Shown: piece by piece, positions 59,248 to 64,000 of the stretch
How the letters are laid out: each line of letters begins with the position of its first letter
How positions within the stretch are numbered: the stretch's first letter is position 1
NCBI RefSeq assembly: GCF_000143415.4
Contig: NW_003314323.1
Coordinates: 62,001 to 126,000, forward strand
Length of the DNA: 64,000 nt
Source of the DNA: Selaginella moellendorffii
Taxonomy: Eukaryota > Plantae > Lycopodiophyta
Reading direction: 5' to 3'
Program-made: the position numbers and the translations under genes
Notes under the pieces: generated by a model
What the model was told of the DNA's origin: nothing
The model's database searches: none
What the model saw: the letters and a program-made list of their open reading frames with translations, nothing else

Positions 59248-59860
59248 GTACGTTGTCTTAGATCTAGCCTAGCTTGTCTCTGGGATTCTAACAGATCGCA
59301 ACTGGAGATTGTAGGCTTGGCTTCACGTTAAGGCATTCTTCCAAGCTTTAGAATTTGCTGGCTTTAAAAATTGGCAAAAAAAGCACAAATAAATAATAGA
59401 AATTTTTATAAAGCATGTCATTTCTTACAACTACAAGAGTGCATGAAAGAAAATTCTCAGTCAGTCTTTCGTCGGAATGATAATGATGCTAAAATCGCAG
59501 CTTCAACTTGTAACTCCGGTTTGTTTTGATTTAATGCATGCATGCCTCACTCTAACTTGATCAGTTTGAATAGAAGCTTTGAACTTCCATCAAAGCTGGA
59601 AAATAAAAAAGAGAAAAAAAATGAAAGTTTACAAACTCTAAAATACATACCTACGGAAACTTGTAACGCTTCAAAATTTTCTCCAGCTCATAGCTCCTTG
59701 ATATTTCGACAAGAACACAATGCATAGGTCTATAAAAGAAAAAGAAAAAAAGATCTCACAAAAAGAATTTCAAACTGGTCTTGATTTTCTGCAACAAGGT
59801 GGATATATCTGGGACAATGTAATTCCCTTATCACCTTTCGAGCACTTCACTGCCAAATGC

Positions 59861-61980
59861 TCAACAGCGGGCAGGCAAAATTTTGAAATAGATCCGACGC
59901 TGTAGATAAAATTCCGGGCGGGAACAAAACGGAGATAACCTCATCAAAGAAACCTCCGGGGAAACACGAGCTTGAAGATGTAAGTGACGAGCTTTACTGG
60001 CGATCGGATAGAGCTCCCCTTGAAAAACACTGGATCCACTGCCGTGGAGGACTGGAGGAAGAGGAAATTGTCGCGACCAGCTCGTTCTACCTGTGAGAGC
60101 CAAAGAAGAACAAACTTAACATCACTCGAAAATCGTGAACGAGATCAGTACCCACTGGCAAAATTCGATGTTGGTCATGGTGAGAAGCACCACAAGTCCA
60201 CTGTGGAGTAACTTCTGCGTCACTGCCAAGAAGTGGAAATCTCCTGGAAGAAGACCTTGTGTTGATCTGAATCGCTGATGCTCCTGAGTGGAAAGTTCAA
60301 GACGATGCACTTGACTTTCGTCCAGTCTGGGAGCTCTCTCGCTTCTTCCGCAGAAGAAGTAACCAAAGACGATGCTTTGAGCCCCCAAAGGATCTGAATT
60401 CTCGAAGGCAAGTCCAGGATCACGGTGGAGAGAAATGGATCATACTTCTCTGCTTCTAGATGAGAATCTTCGTTGCAAGCTACCGCGATGGATGCAGTAG
60501 CAAGATCTTGCAGCTGATGGATATAAGACAGTACCTCCCTTCAAAAACTAGCATGGTGCCCTCCAAGTTTCGAGTGGAAGAACACAGCACCGTAGGAAAC
60601 TGAGCTACGTCTTCGTCAAGCTCAAGACGATTGTGTCCCAGCGTGGAACATCCGAGTCGTGCTTATATCGACAATGACCACCATAGCGACATCCCTGCAA
60701 TACAATCGCTTGAGAACAATGCGAGTTAAAAAGCTGACACTTACATCCCCGGACAAGAAAAACTTTCATACTGCTGGCGTGGAAGAGACAGAGTGTGAGA
60801 ACTCACAGCCGTTTCCTTTAGCCCAAAAGCCTCTACGGAAGTACACGCATTGCACTTCCCCGTCCTCTTCTTTGCGAAAATGGATCGACTCGTAATTACT
60901 CTGCGGTTCTAAGTATCTTGCCTGAGTCTGAAACAGTGGATCGTAAGTGTTGGAAAACCAAAGCACGGGTTCAAACAAGTTACCTCCACAATGATCTTCA
61001 GCAAATCTGACTGGTTATTCTCGTTGTGGAAGCTCCCGTTTGAAACATACGGCACGACTCGTCGTCTTGGCTATGAAAGCAGAGGTGCTGGAAGGAGAAA
61101 ACCGTAGAATAAGATGGAGGTCCTGTTAGAAGCTTTATTGACTGTGGTCTCCACCGATGCATAACTTCTAGCACGGAACTAGCTGCCTCAAAAACAAGCA
61201 AGCATCAAGTTTGGTTCTAAAACTCGAAAGACTTACAGAGCTCAGCGACAGCGTTGAGTGAAAACAAAGAAAGGTGATGCTGTTTGCAGAATTCCTTCTC
61301 CGACTCCTCTCCATGAATGGTGACGATCGTTGAGGATAAAAACTCGTGCGACAGCTTTTGCCACCGATAGTTGTCCTGTGTGAAAACCATCAAGGAGAGA
61401 CAAGGAAAAGAAACAAACGAAGTCGTACCTTCAAGACGTACTGCCAGAATTCAAACGCGCAGAGGTTGCCAAGAAGAGCAGCTTGATGAGATTGCCTGAC
61501 ACCATTTTGTGATTCCTGGAAGTACTGAAAAGAATAGTGTGCTGCAGTGCTAGCTCCGAAAGGCAGGATAATCGGACTCGGCGTAGTGTCTAGCACAGAA
61601 GCTATGACAGCACACTCATTCAGGTACCCGCGTTCGCAGCCCTCCATGACAAGCATAGAAGCCTCCAAAGATAGTGGAAGACACGCAAGTATTCGTCCGT
61701 ATGGAGTCGGCAACTTCTTCCCTCTAGCATCGCGCTGTAGAGCGTTCAGTGCTTCAAGTGATTCCAAAGCATCATAAACAGTGTCTGGATAACCCTTCCT
61801 CGAGCAGCATTTGTGGGACTTGCGAGACCCACATTCCCTTGCTAAGCTCCGAAAAGAGGGGTAATCCGAGTAAAGAAGAGGCAAACCTGAGCCAGTCTCG
61901 GCGAGGATGATCGTGACCCGGTTCATCTCCACCTTCTGGACGATCGCCACCTTGAGGCGCCGCACGGGCTGCCGGGAATA
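59861..61980 (-). pseudogene. Internally deleted DExH-box RNA helicase with CCCH fingers (DExH8/C3H31-like)
   Basis: VQKVEMNRVTIILAETGSG..SQVPQMLLEEG abuts HA2-region PDTVYDALESL..PTPYGRILACLPLSLEASML, so the helicase cores are missing. First CCCH finger has Cys->Trp (CVYFRRGFWAKG), and a TGA at 60766 replaces a Cys of the second finger. Confidence 0.8.
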
Positions 61981-62229
61981 TTCACGTTCAATTTTTTCAC
62001 CCTAAACACTAGGAATTGCAAGATTTCTTGCGCACCCGCTGCATGGCGGACGATGGGGAGGGGTTGCGATCCATTTTAGTGCTAATTGGTTTAAAAGGAA
62101 ACCTAAAGGTGAAATGACGGCACCGGGAATATTTTGGTGCCGCTAATATTCGATTAGTCTGATTTCCTGGGTATCTTAACATCGACTAAAAATTTTTCGT
62201 GTATCTCCAATTCCTTGGCAATTTCGCAG

Positions 62230-63123
62230 TCAGTACATTGGCACGGAAGCTTGTCCTCCCATTATCAATTCAGTTCTCACTTCGACTTCCACCTTTGTTT
62301 CTGGGGCTGGCCTATTGTAATGTTGAGTGATCCGCTTGATCCACGGATGTTCCAAGATCTGGGCTGCCGTCAATCTTTTTTTCTTGTCCAGATTTAGCAT
62401 CCCCAGCATCAAATCCTTGGCTAACACCGGAACCCTCGACCAGTCGAAGAGAATAAGGGGCAAATCTTCATACCTCTCCAACTCGCTGAGAACCTGAGGT
62501 GTTTGAAGCTCCTCATATGCAATCTTTCCCGTGAGCATCTCATACAAAGTCACACCCAGCGCCCAAATATCACAAGATTCTTTGAACCTTTCCCCAGGGG
62601 GCATGTACCGTGCAGTTCCACCGCGCATCAATGCCCCCTTTTCCTGCCCCTTCTGCCAGGAGAGGCCAAAATCCGCCACCTTTACCTCACCGTCATAGCC
62701 GACTAAAATATTTCCCGGTTTTATGTCGTTGTGAGCCATCCCTAGGGCGTGCATCCGCTGCAACGTCCCCGCCACCTTCGCCACCACAAGTGCCGCCTCA
62801 TCCTCGCCCAAGGGAAGCCTCGAGAGGAGTGTTCCTTCGCACAGCTCCATTATGATGTGGCAGAAACCCAAGTCACGCACAATGCCGATGAGACGAACCA
62901 CGCCTGGGTCATGCCTGAGTTGGGCCATGATCTTGAGCTCTTGCAGTATGAGTTTATCGTCGCCCATCATGCTGTTCGTCTTGCACGCAAAGTGTTTCCC
63001 ATCTCTCAAACGGATCACCTCAAACACCCTCGAGAATCCACCCATTCCTATAGTCTTTGTTACCTGGTACTTGTCTAGCAGATTGGGGAACAATATCTCC
63101 ATCGTCTTTGCGTTCATCTCCAT
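62230..63123 (-). CDS. Intronless Ser/Thr protein kinase (CAMK-like, non-RD)
   Basis: IGMGGFSRV, FACK, HIIMELC, HNDIKPGNIL, DFG, GGTARYMPP, DIWALGV, RLTAAQILEHPW. Start taken at 63123, downstream of a CTAGGGTTT telo-box. Confidence 0.8.
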   Translation of the reverse strand: MEMNAKTMEILFPNLLDKYQVTKTIGMGGFSRVFEVIRLRDGKHFACKTNSMMGDDKLILQELKIMAQLRHDPGVVRLIGIVRDLGFCHIIMELCEGTLLSRLPLGEDEAALVVAKVAGTLQRMHALGMAHNDIKPGNILVGYDGEVKVADFGLSWQKGQEKGALMRGGTARYMPPGERFKESCDIWALGVTLYEMLTGKIAYEELQTPQVLSELERYEDLPLILFDWSRVPVLAKDLMLGMLNLDKKKRLTAAQILEHPWIKRITQHYNRPAPETKVEVEVRTELIMGGQASVPMY

Positions 63124-63225
63124 CTCCCTTTTCTCTGTTGCAAAAAAATGCCAAACCCTAGAGGATACCCTTCCGCTTTTAACTTTAAAGGCCACATAAG
63201 TCACCTTTTCTTCCGAGCTTGAAAA

Positions 63226-64000
63226 CTGGTTTAGGGCTTTACAATTTCTGCTCTTTCCAGTGTTGCGCTGGAATCCACCATTATATCGCATGGCATCGCG
63301 CTCTTTATTTCCTCCGACTTCCATTCGAGTGATTTTCTTGCTTGTTTCCAGGAATGCCTTACCGTAAAAAATTCCATACAGCTCAAGATTGTGAGAGCGA
63401 ACGTGGCCGTGCCGGCAACCATAGCCATTTAGGCGATGTTCCGTGCATTGGTATGCTTTTTGTTTTTTTAATGCTCTAACACGTGGCTGAGCTTGAACAT
63501 CGGTTTCAAAGACGGCCAGCCACGACATTCCTTACGTCGTAAGCTCTTTTTTCTCTTGTTCTCCACAGTTAGTGTTTTTCTTTCCCAGATTGCTCGTCGG
63601 GGAAATGGAGCAACCACTGTTTCAGCAACAATGTTTTTCGCTTCAAAGGTAGTTTCTACATTGGGAAAAAGAGGAGTCTCTGATGGATTATGTTCCAGGC
63701 AGGAATCAAAGTGTTCGTAACTGGAGGTATTGGAGGAGTTCATCGACAGGGTGAGTCAAGTAAGCCCAATGTTCTTTCTTATGTCATACTTTTGTGTCTT
63801 CAACTTTGTTTTTATTAAGCTATGGACGTGTCCTCGGACTTGACAGAACTGGGTAAAACTCCAGTTGCGGTGGTTTGTGCAGGGGTAAAATCAATCCTTG
63901 ACATTCCACGAACACTTGAATACCTGGTAAGACCATCGTATAGCGCACGAGTGTTTTAATATGAAACAATTTGCAGGAAACTCAAGGAGTGACGGTTGTT
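63226..64000 (+). pseudogene. Duplicate of the PUMY gene, 5'-deleted and frameshifted; runs off the window
   Basis: TGGTTTAGGGCTTTA matches the PUMY upstream region (about 35852), then jumps to the match of 36052. Introns are retained. 63540-64000 is nearly identical to about 36405-36868. Confidence 0.9.

Overview
Gene-dense eukaryotic nuclear DNA from a non-seed land plant. The very short introns (mostly 45-80 bp), abundant PLS-class PPR genes and an Orai channel gene point to the lycophyte Selaginella, most likely S. moellendorffii (inferred). The window holds about 26 apparently intact protein-coding genes: ArfGAP 3' end, PHR1-like MYB-CC, mitochondrial uL11, CysRS, FtsHi3, three PPRs, DnaJ-ferredoxin, TMKL1-like LRR pseudokinase, lipase, nMAT-type maturase, MED19, ORC2, DAZ1-like ZF, PUMY, XTH, Orai, two B3-like genes, ATI3-like, CCCH, RabD, APC8, an ARM protein, a kinase and two proteins of unknown function. 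It also has two tRNA genes, an internally deleted 1.18-kb LTR retroelement (4-bp TSD, tRNA-Ala-like PBS), two extremely AT-rich islands, and a cluster of intron-retaining duplicated or broken gene copies at 52-64 kb. The most interesting observations: (1) a spliced gene joining an OSB-type PDF ssDNA-binding motif to a PLS-E PPR array, which the ORF track misses; (2) an Orai/CRAC homolog with Gln at the E106 selectivity-filter position; (3) a lycophyte ATI3-like protein ending in a WEIL ATG8-interacting motif; (4) MED19 and ORC2 start codons only 57 bp apart head-to-head; (5) a 34-nt leader shared by two unrelated genes. All family assignments come from motif recognition by eye, not database searches.
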